Part shown: one piece after another, positions 16,646 to 26,323 of the stretch
Layout: every line of letters starts with the position of its first letter
Position numbering within the stretch: position 1 is the first letter of the stretch
Assembly (NCBI RefSeq): GCF_000009045.1
Contig: NC_000964.3
Span: 480,001-512,000 of the forward strand
Source: Bacillus subtilis subsp. subtilis str. 168
GTDB lineage: Bacteria; Bacillota; Bacilli; Bacillales; Bacillaceae
Direction of reading: 5' to 3'
DNA: 32,000 nucleotides
Notes under the pieces: generated by a model
What the model was told of the DNA's origin: nothing
What the model saw: only the letters and a program-made list of their open reading frames with translations
Databases searched by the model: none
Made by a program: the position numbers and the translations under genes

Positions 16646-17698
16646 CTATGAATCTTTTCGCAGCTCCAACAGTTCCCGGATCAGCTCCCGGCCAAAGATG
16701 GGCTCATACTGCCGGTAAACAGGGTCAAGACGCTTCATCCATTCTTGTTTCTCTTTATCTGACAGCTCATAAATATGTATAGCAGAATTCTTTTTGATTT
16801 CTTCCAGCTGCTCCTTGTTCATTTGTTCGGCATACGTTTCATTCCACTCCGTTGTCTCCTTCATCGCTTCAGTCAAAATGCGTCTTGTTTCTGGTGTTTG
16901 CGCCTTCCAGAAGTGTTCATCAGTCATGACAGCGTAGCCGAGATAACCGTGGCTGCTTATTGTCAAATAGTCCTGAACATTATAAAATTTTTTAGAATAG
17001 ATGTTTGAAATTGTATTTTCTTCGCCATCGACTACATTGTTTTCTAACAGCTGAAAGGTAGAATTGAAGGATTCCTGATGAGGTGTTGCGCCAAGCAGCT
17101 TGAACTGATCCTCAATCACATCGCTTTGCATAATGCGCAGATCCTGCCCTTTTAAGTCATCCGGTGTTTTGACCGGCCCTTGATTTGTTGTGATTTGCTT
17201 AAAGCCGTTCGTCCAATAGGCCAATCCTTTCAATTGGTTTTTCTTTAGAGAATCAAACAGCTGTGTGCCGATGCTTCCGTTCAGCCCTTTTTTGACGGCG
17301 TTGTAATCTGTAAATGCATACGGCAGATCCAGCACTCCCCATTCAGGCGAGAGCATGCCGAGCTTCGATGTGGAGGGGGCGATAAATTGAACATCGCCGT
17401 TTTGCAATGCTTCAATTTCTTCAATGTCCGAGTACAGGCTTCCATTCGGAAATACTTCTATTTTTATTTTTCCGCCTGATTTTTCGTTCACCAGATCAGC
17501 GAATTTATTGGCGGCCAGCCCTTTTGGCGTATTTTCAGCAACCACGTGGCTGAATTTAAACACGATTTGATCCTGCAGGCCTTCCTGGTCGTCATCATAA
17601 ACAATCTTTTTATTGCCGGTATGATCATGGAATCCGATAAATAAAGCGGTTGCAATTCCAGCGATCATCAGTGCGAGACATGCAAGCAAACTCTTCAT
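16646..17698 (-). CDS. dctB: C4-dicarboxylate-binding protein DctB (TRAP-type solute-binding fold)
   Basis: 350 aa. FKFSHVVAENTPKGLAANKFADLVNEKSGGKIKIEVFPNGSLYSD...; adjacent to dctS/dctR. Confidence 0.93.
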   Translation of the reverse strand: MKSLLACLALMIAGIATALFIGFHDHTGNKKIVYDDDQEGLQDQIVFKFSHVVAENTPKGLAANKFADLVNEKSGGKIKIEVFPNGSLYSDIEEIEALQNGDVQFIAPSTSKLGMLSPEWGVLDLPYAFTDYNAVKKGLNGSIGTQLFDSLKKNQLKGLAYWTNGFKQITTNQGPVKTPDDLKGQDLRIMQSDVIEDQFKLLGATPHQESFNSTFQLLENNVVDGEENTISNIYSKKFYNVQDYLTISSHGYLGYAVMTDEHFWKAQTPETRRILTEAMKETTEWNETYAEQMNKEQLEEIKKNSAIHIYELSDKEKQEWMKRLDPVYRQYEPIFGRELIRELLELRKDS

Positions 17699-17767
17699 GA
17701 AAAGCCCTCCCCTATGTTAAGGATAATGGGGGCTATGACATTCGTAAAGACCTGAAAGGAGAAGCTG

Positions 17768-19375
17768 ATGAACAAAAAGAAGCTCTCAATCCGTTGGAAA
17801 ATCACGATCTTATCCTATATACTCGTCATTTTCTCCTTTTTGATCGGCGGCATTGTGCTCATCGGCAACATTCAGCATACAGAGGAGCGGGAGCTGAAAA
17901 AGCGGCTGATGAATACGGCCCGGACGGTGTCAGAGATGACAGAAGTGAAAGAAGCCTTGGCGCGAAAAAAACAAACAGAAGCGGTTCGCCATGCGGTTGA
18001 AGAAATCAGGATGATTAATGAAGCAGACTATATTGTCGTCATGGATATGAATCACATCCGATATACGCATCCTGTCAGCACAAGCATTGGCAAGAAATCA
18101 GAAGGTGCAGACGAGGAGGCAGCTTTTGCGGAGCACATTTATTTCTCTGAAGCAAAGGGCGAGATCGGCACGGCGGTTCGCGCTTTTTATCCGGTAAAGG
18201 ATCAAGACCTGAACCAAATAGGCGTGGTGCTTGTCGGAAAAACGCTGCCGGGGATCGCTGACATCCTGCTTCATTTAAAGCGTGATATCGCCTTCATCGT
18301 TGTGCTGACACTCGGCTTTGGCCTTGCTGGTTCCTTTTTGCTGGCCCGCCATATCAAAAAACAAATGTTTCAGCTTGAACCCCATGAGATTGTCCGAATG
18401 TATGAAGAACGGACAGCGACGTTTCACTCGATGAATGAAGGGGTGATCGCTATTGACAATCGTCTCGTCATTACGATCTTCAATGAAAAAGCGAAACAGA
18501 TCTTTGAAGTGCAGGGGGATCTAATCGGCAAGGTGATTTGGGAGGTTCTCAAGGATTCGCGCCTGCCCGAAATCGTGGAGCGGAACAAAGCGGTTTATAA
18601 TGAAGAAATTCGTGTCAGCGGTAAGGTGATCATGAGCAGCAGAATTCCGATCGTCATGAAGAAAAAAGTGATCGGCGCCGTTGCGATTTTTCAGGACAGA
18701 ACGGAAGCGGCCAAGATGGCAGAGGAATTGACTGGTGTCAGAAACTTTGTGGAGGCGCTCCGTGTCCAAAACCATGAGCATATGAATAAGCTGCACACGA
18801 TCGCCGGTCTCATCCAGCTGGGGAAATCTGAAAAAGCCTTGCAGCTTGCATTCCAGGCGTCAACTGAGCAGGAAAATGTGACTGAATTTCTGCACCGCTC
18901 GATTCAAAATGACGCTGCGGCAGGCCTTCTATTAAGTAAAATCAGAAGGGGAAGAGAGCTCGGCATTGCTGTTCATATAGATGAAAACAGCAGTCTTCAG
19001 CAATTTCCCGAGCATGTTGATCAGCATGATATTGTCGTGCTTTTGGGGAATCTGATTGAAAATGCCTTCGGCTCATTTGAAACCGTTCAATCTGAAGACA
19101 AACGAATTGACATTAGTATCGAACAAACAGATGATATCCTTGCTATTTTAATAGAAGATAACGGCTGCGGAATTGAACCGACACATATGCCTCGCCTTTA
19201 TGACAAAGGTTTTACGGTCAATAAAACTGGCGGCACAGGCTATGGCCTGTATCTAGTGAAACAAATCATAGACAAAGGATCGGGCACGATAGAAGTTGAT
19301 TCACATGCGGGGCAGGGGACATCTTTTTCTATCGTTTTTCCAATGAAGGGGGAGGAAGCACAGCATGGCTCGTAA
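17768..19375 (+). CDS. dctS: Sensor histidine kinase DctS (CitA/DcuS type)
   Basis: 535 aa. Extracytoplasmic sensor, PAS region, H-box VQNHEHMNKLHTIAGLIQLG, ATPase DNGCGIEPTHMPRLYDKGF...GTGYGLYLVK. Confidence 0.95.
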   Translation: MNKKKLSIRWKITILSYILVIFSFLIGGIVLIGNIQHTEERELKKRLMNTARTVSEMTEVKEALARKKQTEAVRHAVEEIRMINEADYIVVMDMNHIRYTHPVSTSIGKKSEGADEEAAFAEHIYFSEAKGEIGTAVRAFYPVKDQDLNQIGVVLVGKTLPGIADILLHLKRDIAFIVVLTLGFGLAGSFLLARHIKKQMFQLEPHEIVRMYEERTATFHSMNEGVIAIDNRLVITIFNEKAKQIFEVQGDLIGKVIWEVLKDSRLPEIVERNKAVYNEEIRVSGKVIMSSRIPIVMKKKVIGAVAIFQDRTEAAKMAEELTGVRNFVEALRVQNHEHMNKLHTIAGLIQLGKSEKALQLAFQASTEQENVTEFLHRSIQNDAAAGLLLSKIRRGRELGIAVHIDENSSLQQFPEHVDQHDIVVLLGNLIENAFGSFETVQSEDKRIDISIEQTDDILAILIEDNGCGIEPTHMPRLYDKGFTVNKTGGTGYGLYLVKQIIDKGSGTIEVDSHAGQGTSFSIVFPMKGEEAQHGS

Positions 19376-20045
19376 AGAATGGAAGGTTCTGCTCATTGAA
19401 GACGATCCGATGGTTCAAGAGGTCAATAAGGATTTCATTACAACTGTTAAAGGCGTTACTGTCTGTGCAACGGCAGGAAACGGAGAGGAAGGCATGAAGC
19501 TGATTAAAGAAGAACAGCCAGATCTCGTCATTCTCGATGTGTACATGCCGAAAAAAGACGGCATCAAGACCTTGCAGGAGATCAGAAAGCAAAAGCTTGA
19601 AGTGGATGTCATTGTCGTCTCCGCTGCAAAAGACAAGGAAACGATCTCACTCATGCTGCAAAACGGGGCGGTTGACTATATCTTAAAGCCGTTTAAGCTT
19701 GAGCGAATGAGACAGGCACTCGAAAAGTACAAGCAATATAAACAAAAAATCGAAGCGAATGATACGCTGTCCCAGGAACAGCTCGATGCGATCCTGAATA
19801 TTCCGCAGCAGGCCGTACAGGATCTGCCGAAAGGGTTGAATCACTTCACGATGAATGAAGTCACTGCTTTTTTGAAACAGCAAACCGCATCCCTTTCTGC
19901 TGAAGAGGTTGCCAAGGCGCTCGGCATCGCCAGAGTGACAGCCAGACGATATCTTGATTACTTAGAAAAAACCGGGATCATCAAATTGGACGTTCAATAC
20001 GGCGGAGTCGGCCGGCCGGTCAACCGCTACGTGTTAAAAGGATAA
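19365..20045 (+). CDS. dctR: Response regulator DctR
   Basis: 226 aa. Receiver LLIEDDPMVQEVNKDF...LVILDVYMPKKDGI plus a C-terminal HTH. Confidence 0.95.
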   Translation: MARKEWKVLLIEDDPMVQEVNKDFITTVKGVTVCATAGNGEEGMKLIKEEQPDLVILDVYMPKKDGIKTLQEIRKQKLEVDVIVVSAAKDKETISLMLQNGAVDYILKPFKLERMRQALEKYKQYKQKIEANDTLSQEQLDAILNIPQQAVQDLPKGLNHFTMNEVTAFLKQQTASLSAEEVAKALGIARVTARRYLDYLEKTGIIKLDVQYGGVGRPVNRYVLKG

Positions 20046-20102
20046 ACCTGAGACCAAAAAGACCAAAATGTCCGTTATGATCATAAACTTCCCCAGACTG
20101 TA

Positions 20103-20116
20103 TGAAAACGCTATCA
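20103..20116 (+). promoter_or_regulatory. CcpA binding site (cre) upstream of dctP
   Basis: TGAAAACGCTATCA, exact match to cre consensus TGWAARCGYTWNCW. Confidence 0.85.
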
Positions 20117-20165
20117 TTCTAGTAAGAAAGACACAAAAGGCGAATAGGACAGGGGGATGAAGGAT

Positions 20166-21431
20166 ATGAAACTGTTTAAAAATTTAACAGTTCAGGTCAT
20201 AACCGCGGTCATCATCGGGGTCATTGTCGGGCTGGTCTGGCCGGATGTCGGCAAAGAAATGAAACCGCTTGGTGATACATTTATCAACGCTGTTAAAATG
20301 GTGATCGCACCAATCATTTTCTTCACAATCGTTCTCGGGATTGCAAAAATGGGCGATATGAAGAAGGTTGGAAAAGTAGGGGGAAAAGCGTTTATCTATT
20401 TCGAGGTTGTCACCACCCTCGCACTCATTATCGGTTTATTTGTCGTCAATATTATGAAGCCGGGTGCGGGTCTTGATTACAGCAAGCTTGAAAAAGGAGA
20501 TGTATCACAATACACGCAAAATGGCGGTCAGGGAATCGACTGGATTGAATTTATTACACACATTGTTCCGTCCAACATGGTTGATGCCTTCGCAAAAGGG
20601 GACATTTTGCAGGTCTTATTCTTTTCTATTCTTTTCGGAGTGGGTCTTGCGGCATTAGGCGAAAAAGGAAAAAGCGTCATTGATTTCTTCGACAAGGTTT
20701 CTCACGTTTTTTTCAAAATTATCGGCTACATTATGCGTGCCGCGCCAATCGGGGCATTCGGGGCGATGGCGTATACAATCGGACACTTCGGGCTCGATTC
20801 CATCAAACCGCTGGCAAGCTTAATGATGTCTGTTTATATTACGATGTTCCTGTTCGTATTTGTTGCTTTAAATATCATCTGCAAGCTTTACGGATTCAGC
20901 CTGTGGAATTACCTTCGCTTCATTAAGGATGAGCTTTTGATCGTGCTTGGCACAAGCTCTTCCGAATCGGTGCTTCCGCGTATGATGGATAAAATGGAGC
21001 GCTACGGCTGTTCCAAATCCGTTGTCGGGCTTGTTATTCCGACGGGCTATTCGTTTAACCTCGACGGCACATCCATCTATTTATCAATGGCGACTGTCTT
21101 TTTGGCACAGGTGTTTGGAGTAGACCTCAGCATCGGCCAGCAAATTACGATTATCCTCGTTCTGATGCTGACATCGAAGGGAGCGGCAGGTGTGACGGGA
21201 AGCGGATTTATCGTCCTTGCCTCAACGCTGTCAGCGCTGCAGGTCATTCCGCTGGAGGGGCTTGCACTCCTGCTCGGGGTCGACCGTTTCATGAGTGAAG
21301 GAAGAGCCATTGTGAACCTGATCGGAAACGGAATCGCCACGATCATTGTTGCCAAAAGCGAAAATGAATTTGATGAAGCAAAAAGCATAGAGGCTGTTGA
21401 AGGCATGAAAAAAATGAAAACAGCAGTCTGA
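20166..21431 (+). CDS. dctP: C4-dicarboxylate (fumarate/malate/succinate) transporter DctP, DAACS family
   Basis: 421 aa from ATG 20166 (MKLFKNLTVQVITAVIIGVIVG...). TSSSESVLPRMMDKMERYGCSKSVVGLVIPTGYSFNLDGTSIYLSMA signature. Confidence 0.96.
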   Translation: MKLFKNLTVQVITAVIIGVIVGLVWPDVGKEMKPLGDTFINAVKMVIAPIIFFTIVLGIAKMGDMKKVGKVGGKAFIYFEVVTTLALIIGLFVVNIMKPGAGLDYSKLEKGDVSQYTQNGGQGIDWIEFITHIVPSNMVDAFAKGDILQVLFFSILFGVGLAALGEKGKSVIDFFDKVSHVFFKIIGYIMRAAPIGAFGAMAYTIGHFGLDSIKPLASLMMSVYITMFLFVFVALNIICKLYGFSLWNYLRFIKDELLIVLGTSSSESVLPRMMDKMERYGCSKSVVGLVIPTGYSFNLDGTSIYLSMATVFLAQVFGVDLSIGQQITIILVLMLTSKGAAGVTGSGFIVLASTLSALQVIPLEGLALLLGVDRFMSEGRAIVNLIGNGIATIIVAKSENEFDEAKSIEAVEGMKKMKTAV

Positions 21432-21437
21432 AAAAAG

Positions 21438-21466
21438 AACGGCCCATCCATGGGCCGTTTTTTTAA
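21438..21466 (+). terminator. Terminator after dctP
   Basis: AACGGCCCA tcca TGGGCCGTTTTTTT. Confidence 0.92.
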
Positions 21467-21578
21467 TTGTTTAAGAATTATTAAGGTAAGGACAGAGACC
21501 TCAGCATTTTTTTGTTATATAATTTACAAATGGATACTATATTGAATGAAGGACGTTTGTCCTAACAGGAGTGTATAA

Positions 21579-22631
21579 ATGGCCGCTTTAGTTAAATTTT
21601 TTCAGCACCCGGGAGTAAGGCGTTTCTCCATCTTTGTCGTGTTAACTGGTGTGTTATATCTATTTAAGAGCATGATCAACTTAATATTGCTTACCTTCAT
21701 TTTCACATTTCTAATGGATCGTTTGGAGCTTGTCGTGCGGCAGTTTGTAAGCCAGTTCTTCCGCGTGAGCCAGCGGGTTGTCATTACGTTTCTTTACATG
21801 TTGCTGGCTGTGCTGCTTACAGTCGGGGGCTTTGTGTTTTATCCGGTCGTCGCGGCGCAGATCCAGCAGCTGGTAAAGCAGATTAAACATATTGCGTATC
21901 ATCCTGACAGCATCCCTTTCTTTGATGAGATCACCAGTGTCTTCGGAGATATTAACATCAGTTCATATGTCAAAGAGGGCTTCAATGTAGTGTATACGTA
22001 TCTGGCCGATATCAGCACATTCGGCTTGCAGGTCGTGATGGCGCTCATTCTTAGCATGTTTTTCTTATTTGAGAAAAAACGGCTTTCTGAATTCATGGCG
22101 AAATTTAAAACGAGCAAACTTAGGGTCTTTTATGAGGAGATTGCTTTTTTCGGAAGCAAATTTGCAAGAACGTTCGGCAAGGTGCTCGAGGCTCAATTTA
22201 TCATTGCGCTCGTCAACTGTATTCTGACGTTTATCGCGCTTTGGATTATGCATTTTCCGCAGCTGTTTGGGCTTTCGATTATGGTGTTCTTCCTTGGATT
22301 GATCCCTGTAGCAGGCGTCGTCATTTCCCTGATTCCGCTCAGCATTATCGCCTACAGCACTGGCGGTGGAATGTATGTGCTCTACATTGTCCTTGTCATA
22401 TTCGCCATTCATGCGATCGAAACCTATTTCTTAAATCCGAAGCTGATGTCGGCGAAAACAGAGCTGCCAATCTTTTTCACCTTCACAGTACTCATTTTCT
22501 CTGAACACTTCTTCGGCATTTGGGGTTTAATTATCGGGATTCCGATCTTTGTGTTTCTCCTTGATATTCTGGATGTCACCAACAAGGAAGATAGGTCTAA
22601 AGGACCCCGAGAGAATAGCGATAAAAAGTAG
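21579..22631 (+). CDS. ydbI: AI-2E/PerM family transporter YdbI
   Basis: 350 aa, multiple TM helices. PIPVAGVVISLIPLSIIAYSTGG-like C-terminal family region, GIWGLIIGIPIFVF. Confidence 0.9.
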   Translation: MAALVKFFQHPGVRRFSIFVVLTGVLYLFKSMINLILLTFIFTFLMDRLELVVRQFVSQFFRVSQRVVITFLYMLLAVLLTVGGFVFYPVVAAQIQQLVKQIKHIAYHPDSIPFFDEITSVFGDINISSYVKEGFNVVYTYLADISTFGLQVVMALILSMFFLFEKKRLSEFMAKFKTSKLRVFYEEIAFFGSKFARTFGKVLEAQFIIALVNCILTFIALWIMHFPQLFGLSIMVFFLGLIPVAGVVISLIPLSIIAYSTGGGMYVLYIVLVIFAIHAIETYFLNPKLMSAKTELPIFFTFTVLIFSEHFFGIWGLIIGIPIFVFLLDILDVTNKEDRSKGPRENSDKK

Positions 22632-22839
22632 TTTAAAATCGAATAATGAGTGTGCCTCGATCTGCCGGCCTGCCTGTTCAGGGCATGGAATTAAGACTCG
22701 GAATCGGAGCTTGGCATTGCCTTGCACAGTGGTGAACACAACAGGTGACAATGCTTGTCATCAGTACGGAAACTGAAAAGAACAAACAGTCGGAGCAAAC
22801 GCTCATCATCGGTTTAACCAAACATTTGGAAGCAACAAA

Positions 22840-22848
22840 TGCTATAAT
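22840..22848 (+). promoter_or_regulatory. Extended -10 promoter element for ydbJK
   Basis: TGCTATAAT; no good -35 at 16-18 bp. Confidence 0.5.
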
Positions 22849-22850
22849 AC

Positions 22851-22886
22851 AAACAGTGCCTAATGTTGGGCACTGTTTATTTTTTG
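22851..22886 (+). terminator. Terminator-like hairpin at the 5' end of the ydbJ transcript or the end of ydbI
   Basis: AAACAGTGCC taatgttg GGCACTGTTT ATTTTTTG. Perfect 10-bp stem with T-tract. Confidence 0.7.
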
Positions 22887-22907
22887 TCGAAAAAGGAGGA
22901 AGGCTTT

Positions 22908-23834
22908 ATGGCTGAGCCGATTTTACATATTGAAGGCCTCGATAAAAAAATTGGGTCTAAACAGATTTTAAAACAGATCAGCATGGACGTCATGGAGGGT
23001 GAAATCATCGGCCTTCTCGGTCCGAATGGTTCCGGAAAAACAACACTCATCCGTATCATCGTCGGGCTGTTGAAACAAAACAGCGGAAGCGTGACAATCA
23101 GCGGATTCCAGCATGATACAGAGTTTGAAAAAGCGATGGAAGCGGTTGGAGCGATTGTTGAGAACCCTGAGTTCTATCCGTACCTGACAGGCTGGGAAAA
23201 CCTCAAGCACTTTGCGAATATGCACAAAAAAATAGCGGATGAACGGCTTGATGAAGTGGTGGAACGTGTCGGGCTGACGTCAGCGATTCATGATAAGGTG
23301 AAAACCTATTCCCTTGGGATGCGCCAGCGTCTGGGAATCGCCCAGGCAATTCTTCACCGGCCGAAGCTTCTCATTCTAGATGAACCGACAAACGGCCTCG
23401 ATCCTGCGGGGATGAAGGATTTTCGGGATCATATTAAGGAACTCGCAGAAATGGAAGGAACAGCTGTCCTGTTCGCCACTCATTTATTGCGCGAGGTTGA
23501 AGACTTGTGCGACCGTGTCATCATCATTCAAAAAGGTGAGATCAAAGCGGAAGTCAGCTTACAAGGAACCGATCAAACCACAGAAAAAGCGATTATAGAA
23601 GTGCAGCCGCAAGAAAAAGCGCTCAATTGGCTGACAGGCAATCAATATCAAGCTGAGAGCCAAGACGGGACGATTGTAGTTGAGGTGGCAAAAGAAAACA
23701 TACCGGAGCTGAACCGATCACTTGTCGGACAAGATCTGAATGTATTTTCCATTACGCCTTACACGCAGTCACTGGAAGACGAATTTATAAAAGCGACAAC
23801 AGCTCATCAAGAGGAGGGAGAAGAGCTTGTCTAA
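22908..23834 (+). CDS. ydbJ: ABC transporter ATP-binding protein YdbJ
   Basis: 308 aa from ATG 22908, RBS aaggagg. Walker A GPNGSGKTT, signature YSLGMRQRLGIAQAI, Walker B LLILDEPTNGLDP. Confidence 0.95.
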   Translation: MAEPILHIEGLDKKIGSKQILKQISMDVMEGEIIGLLGPNGSGKTTLIRIIVGLLKQNSGSVTISGFQHDTEFEKAMEAVGAIVENPEFYPYLTGWENLKHFANMHKKIADERLDEVVERVGLTSAIHDKVKTYSLGMRQRLGIAQAILHRPKLLILDEPTNGLDPAGMKDFRDHIKELAEMEGTAVLFATHLLREVEDLCDRVIIIQKGEIKAEVSLQGTDQTTEKAIIEVQPQEKALNWLTGNQYQAESQDGTIVVEVAKENIPELNRSLVGQDLNVFSITPYTQSLEDEFIKATTAHQEEGEELV

Positions 23835-24594
23835 ATTAATTTGGAATGAACATATGAAACTTTTTAATCGGAAGGTCACTTTGGTTTCTCTTATCCTGAT
23901 GGCTGTCTTTCAATTCTTCATGGCATTGATCATTAAACGGATTGTCATCAGTGCCGGAACAGATGAAAACTTCATCGGCTATTTATCGTATACACCGAGC
24001 CTGAACATTTTGCTGCAGGCTTTAACGATCGTAATTGCAGCAACAATTGTTTCGATGGAATTTGATAAAAAGACGATCAAATTTTTGCTCATTCGTCCGG
24101 TTAAACGCCAAAAGGTCTTTTGGTCAAAATTAATCACAGTCGTGATGGTCAGCTTCTATTTGTATTTGGCATACTACATTCTGGCATTATTATTCGGTCT
24201 CTTGTTTTTTGGCACATCGGTGACTGCGGAATCAAAGACATTGCTGGTCAACACCTTGGCGCTGATCGGGTCAAACTGGCTTGAAGCTGTAATGATGGGA
24301 TTATTCGGGCTGCTTTGTTCTTCGCTGTTCCGCAATAGCGCGGTAGCAGTTGTTGTTTCTTTTGTCGTTTTATACGGAGCGAGTACACTTGTTCAGCTCA
24401 TGAAGTTGTTTGAAAACAAGTGGGGCAGCTTTTTGCTTTTTGCGAACACTGACTTTACGCAATACAGAAGCGGAGAGACAGCGTTGTTTTCAGGCATGAC
24501 GCCATTGTTTTCAATTGGAATTCTCATCATACATGCCATATTCTTCATCGTTGTTGGCTGGTGGTGCTTCTGTAAACGGGATGTTCGGGTCTAA
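23827..24594 (+). CDS. ydbK: ABC-2 type permease YdbK
   Basis: 255 aa membrane protein overlapping the ydbJ end; MSKLIWNEHMKLFNRKVTLVSLILM. Confidence 0.93.
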   Translation: MSKLIWNEHMKLFNRKVTLVSLILMAVFQFFMALIIKRIVISAGTDENFIGYLSYTPSLNILLQALTIVIAATIVSMEFDKKTIKFLLIRPVKRQKVFWSKLITVVMVSFYLYLAYYILALLFGLLFFGTSVTAESKTLLVNTLALIGSNWLEAVMMGLFGLLCSSLFRNSAVAVVVSFVVLYGASTLVQLMKLFENKWGSFLLFANTDFTQYRSGETALFSGMTPLFSIGILIIHAIFFIVVGWWCFCKRDVRV

Positions 24595-24688
24595 AGGCAA
24601 GGAATGACATTTTTGTGAAAAAGCTCACGTAAATCAATATCATTTGATATTTTGGTTTATACTAAAGGTACTGACGGAGGTGTCTCGA

Positions 24689-25024
24689 TTGAGGAACTTT
24701 ATTACCGCTTTACCGATCGTATTGCTGCTTGGATTCTCATTTGTGTCATTCATGTTTCAGTTTGAACATCTTGTTTATTTCAGGCTCGCGCTTGGGTTGT
24801 TTTCTCTCGTGGGACTGTACATGATATATAAAATGAAGACGGGCATCCGCTATTTTATCATCTATCTGTATGCCAGCTGGATTGTGTTGGCCGCAGTGAC
24901 CGCTTTTGAAGAGCCGATTTTCTCAAGCTTTTTCTTTGGCGGCCTGGTGATGACGATGGGTTACCTGACATATATGCTGATTTATCTCGGCATGAAACAA
25001 GACCGGGATGCAAATCCTGTGTAA
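24689..25024 (+). CDS. ydbL: Small membrane protein YdbL
   Basis: 111 aa from TTG 24689 with RBS ggaggtg at 24676; four hydrophobic segments. The tracked start at 24644 lacks an RBS. Confidence 0.85.
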   Translation: MRNFITALPIVLLLGFSFVSFMFQFEHLVYFRLALGLFSLVGLYMIYKMKTGIRYFIIYLYASWIVLAAVTAFEEPIFSSFFFGGLVMTMGYLTYMLIYLGMKQDRDANPV

Positions 25025-25027
25025 TCG

Positions 25028-25057
25028 CGCTGTTCCCTTGGGGAACGGCGTGTTTTT
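25028..25057 (+). terminator. Terminator after ydbL
   Basis: CGCTGTTCCC ttg GGGAACGGCG TGTTTTT (10-bp stem, one G-U). Confidence 0.8.
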
Positions 25058-25081
25058 CTATACTGGGCAAAAGGTTAACAG

Positions 25082-25110
25082 TTGCGGAAAAATGGCAGGA
25101 AATCTATAAT
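25082..25110 (+). promoter_or_regulatory. SigA promoter of ydbM
   Basis: TTGCGG, 17 bp, TATAAT, 42 nt upstream of ydbM. Confidence 0.85.
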
Positions 25111-25151
25111 ACATATTAAATTTATCGGAATTAAAACTGGGGGGCTGCCGG

Positions 25152-26297
25152 ATGTCATTATTTATACAAAACGATCAACAGCGGCAATGGATGGAGAAAA
25201 TCGGACGGATTGCGGATGAATTTCAGCAAACAGCTGCTGAAGATGACGAACAGGGACGTTTTCCTGCAGAGAAAATACAAAAACTGCGTGATGCTGGGTA
25301 TACAGCATTAACATTGCCGGCATCTCATGGCGGAGGGGGCATTTCTGTTTACGATATGCTCTTGTTTCAAGAACGGCTTGCACGGGGAGATGCTCCGACG
25401 GCTCTTAGCATCGGCTGGCATTTGAGCGTGATCGGGGAGCTTGGAGAAGGCAACAGCTGGGATGAAGACGTATTTGCATTTGTTGCCAAGGAAGTCCAAA
25501 ACGGAGCCGTCATTAACAGGGCGGCGACTGAAGCGAAAACCGGAAGCCCGACAAGAGGAGGGCGTCCCGGTACACACGCCGTCAAAAAGGATGGCAAATG
25601 GGCAGTGAACGGGAGAAAAACCTTTACGACGATGTCACAAGCTCTGGATTATTTTTTAGTAACCGCATGGATTGAGGACAAACAAACAACAGGCGTGTTT
25701 CTCATTCATAAAGATGATCCCGGCTTGTCGATTGAAGAAACGTGGGATATGATGGCGATGCGGGCGACTGGGAGCCATGACCTTGTACTGAACGAAGTAA
25801 TGCTTGATGAGAATAAGCTGGTGGAACTGCTTCAAGGGCCTCGTGGAGCTAAGCCGAATGGCTGGCTGCTTCACATTCCTGCGATTTATCTTGGTGTGGC
25901 TCAAGCTGCTCGTGACTATGCAGTGCAATTTGCATCTGAGTATTCTCCAAACAGCTTGAATGGACCGATCAAGAATGTCCCGGCCGTACAGCAAAGAACA
26001 GGCGAAATGGAGCTTGAACTGCTCAATGCCAGACACTTTCTTTTCCATATCGCTCAATTGTATGACGATCCGGTGCGGCGTCCACACTTGACCAGCGAGC
26101 TCGGTGCGGCGAAACATATCGTCACAAACGCTGCGCTGTCTGTTGTTGATAAAGCGATGAGAATTGTCGGGGCCAAAAGCCTGGAACGAACCAACCCGCT
26201 TCAGCGCTATTACCGTGATGTGCGCGCCGGTCTTCACAACCCGCCGATGGATGACGCCGTGATACACAAGCTGGCAGCTGAAGCGTTTGAGTCATAA
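25152..26297 (+). CDS. ydbM: Acyl-CoA dehydrogenase family protein YdbM
   Basis: 381 aa. ALSIGWHLSVIGELG, MAMRATGSHDLVLNEVML and YRDVRAGLHNPPMDD. Confidence 0.92.
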   Translation: MSLFIQNDQQRQWMEKIGRIADEFQQTAAEDDEQGRFPAEKIQKLRDAGYTALTLPASHGGGGISVYDMLLFQERLARGDAPTALSIGWHLSVIGELGEGNSWDEDVFAFVAKEVQNGAVINRAATEAKTGSPTRGGRPGTHAVKKDGKWAVNGRKTFTTMSQALDYFLVTAWIEDKQTTGVFLIHKDDPGLSIEETWDMMAMRATGSHDLVLNEVMLDENKLVELLQGPRGAKPNGWLLHIPAIYLGVAQAARDYAVQFASEYSPNSLNGPIKNVPAVQQRTGEMELELLNARHFLFHIAQLYDDPVRRPHLTSELGAAKHIVTNAALSVVDKAMRIVGAKSLERTNPLQRYYRDVRAGLHNPPMDDAVIHKLAAEAFES

Positions 26298-26323
26298 AAA
26301 AAAGAGCCTTACCGGCTCTTTTT
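26296..26323. terminator. Bidirectional terminator between ydbM and fbpB
   Basis: AAAAGAGCC ttacc GGCTCTTTT with A-run upstream and T-run downstream. Confidence 0.88.

Noticed and set aside
22826-22848. TTGGAA (22826) as the -35 for TATAAT at 22843
   Set aside because: Spacer would be only 11 bp, so the extended -10 reading is preferred.
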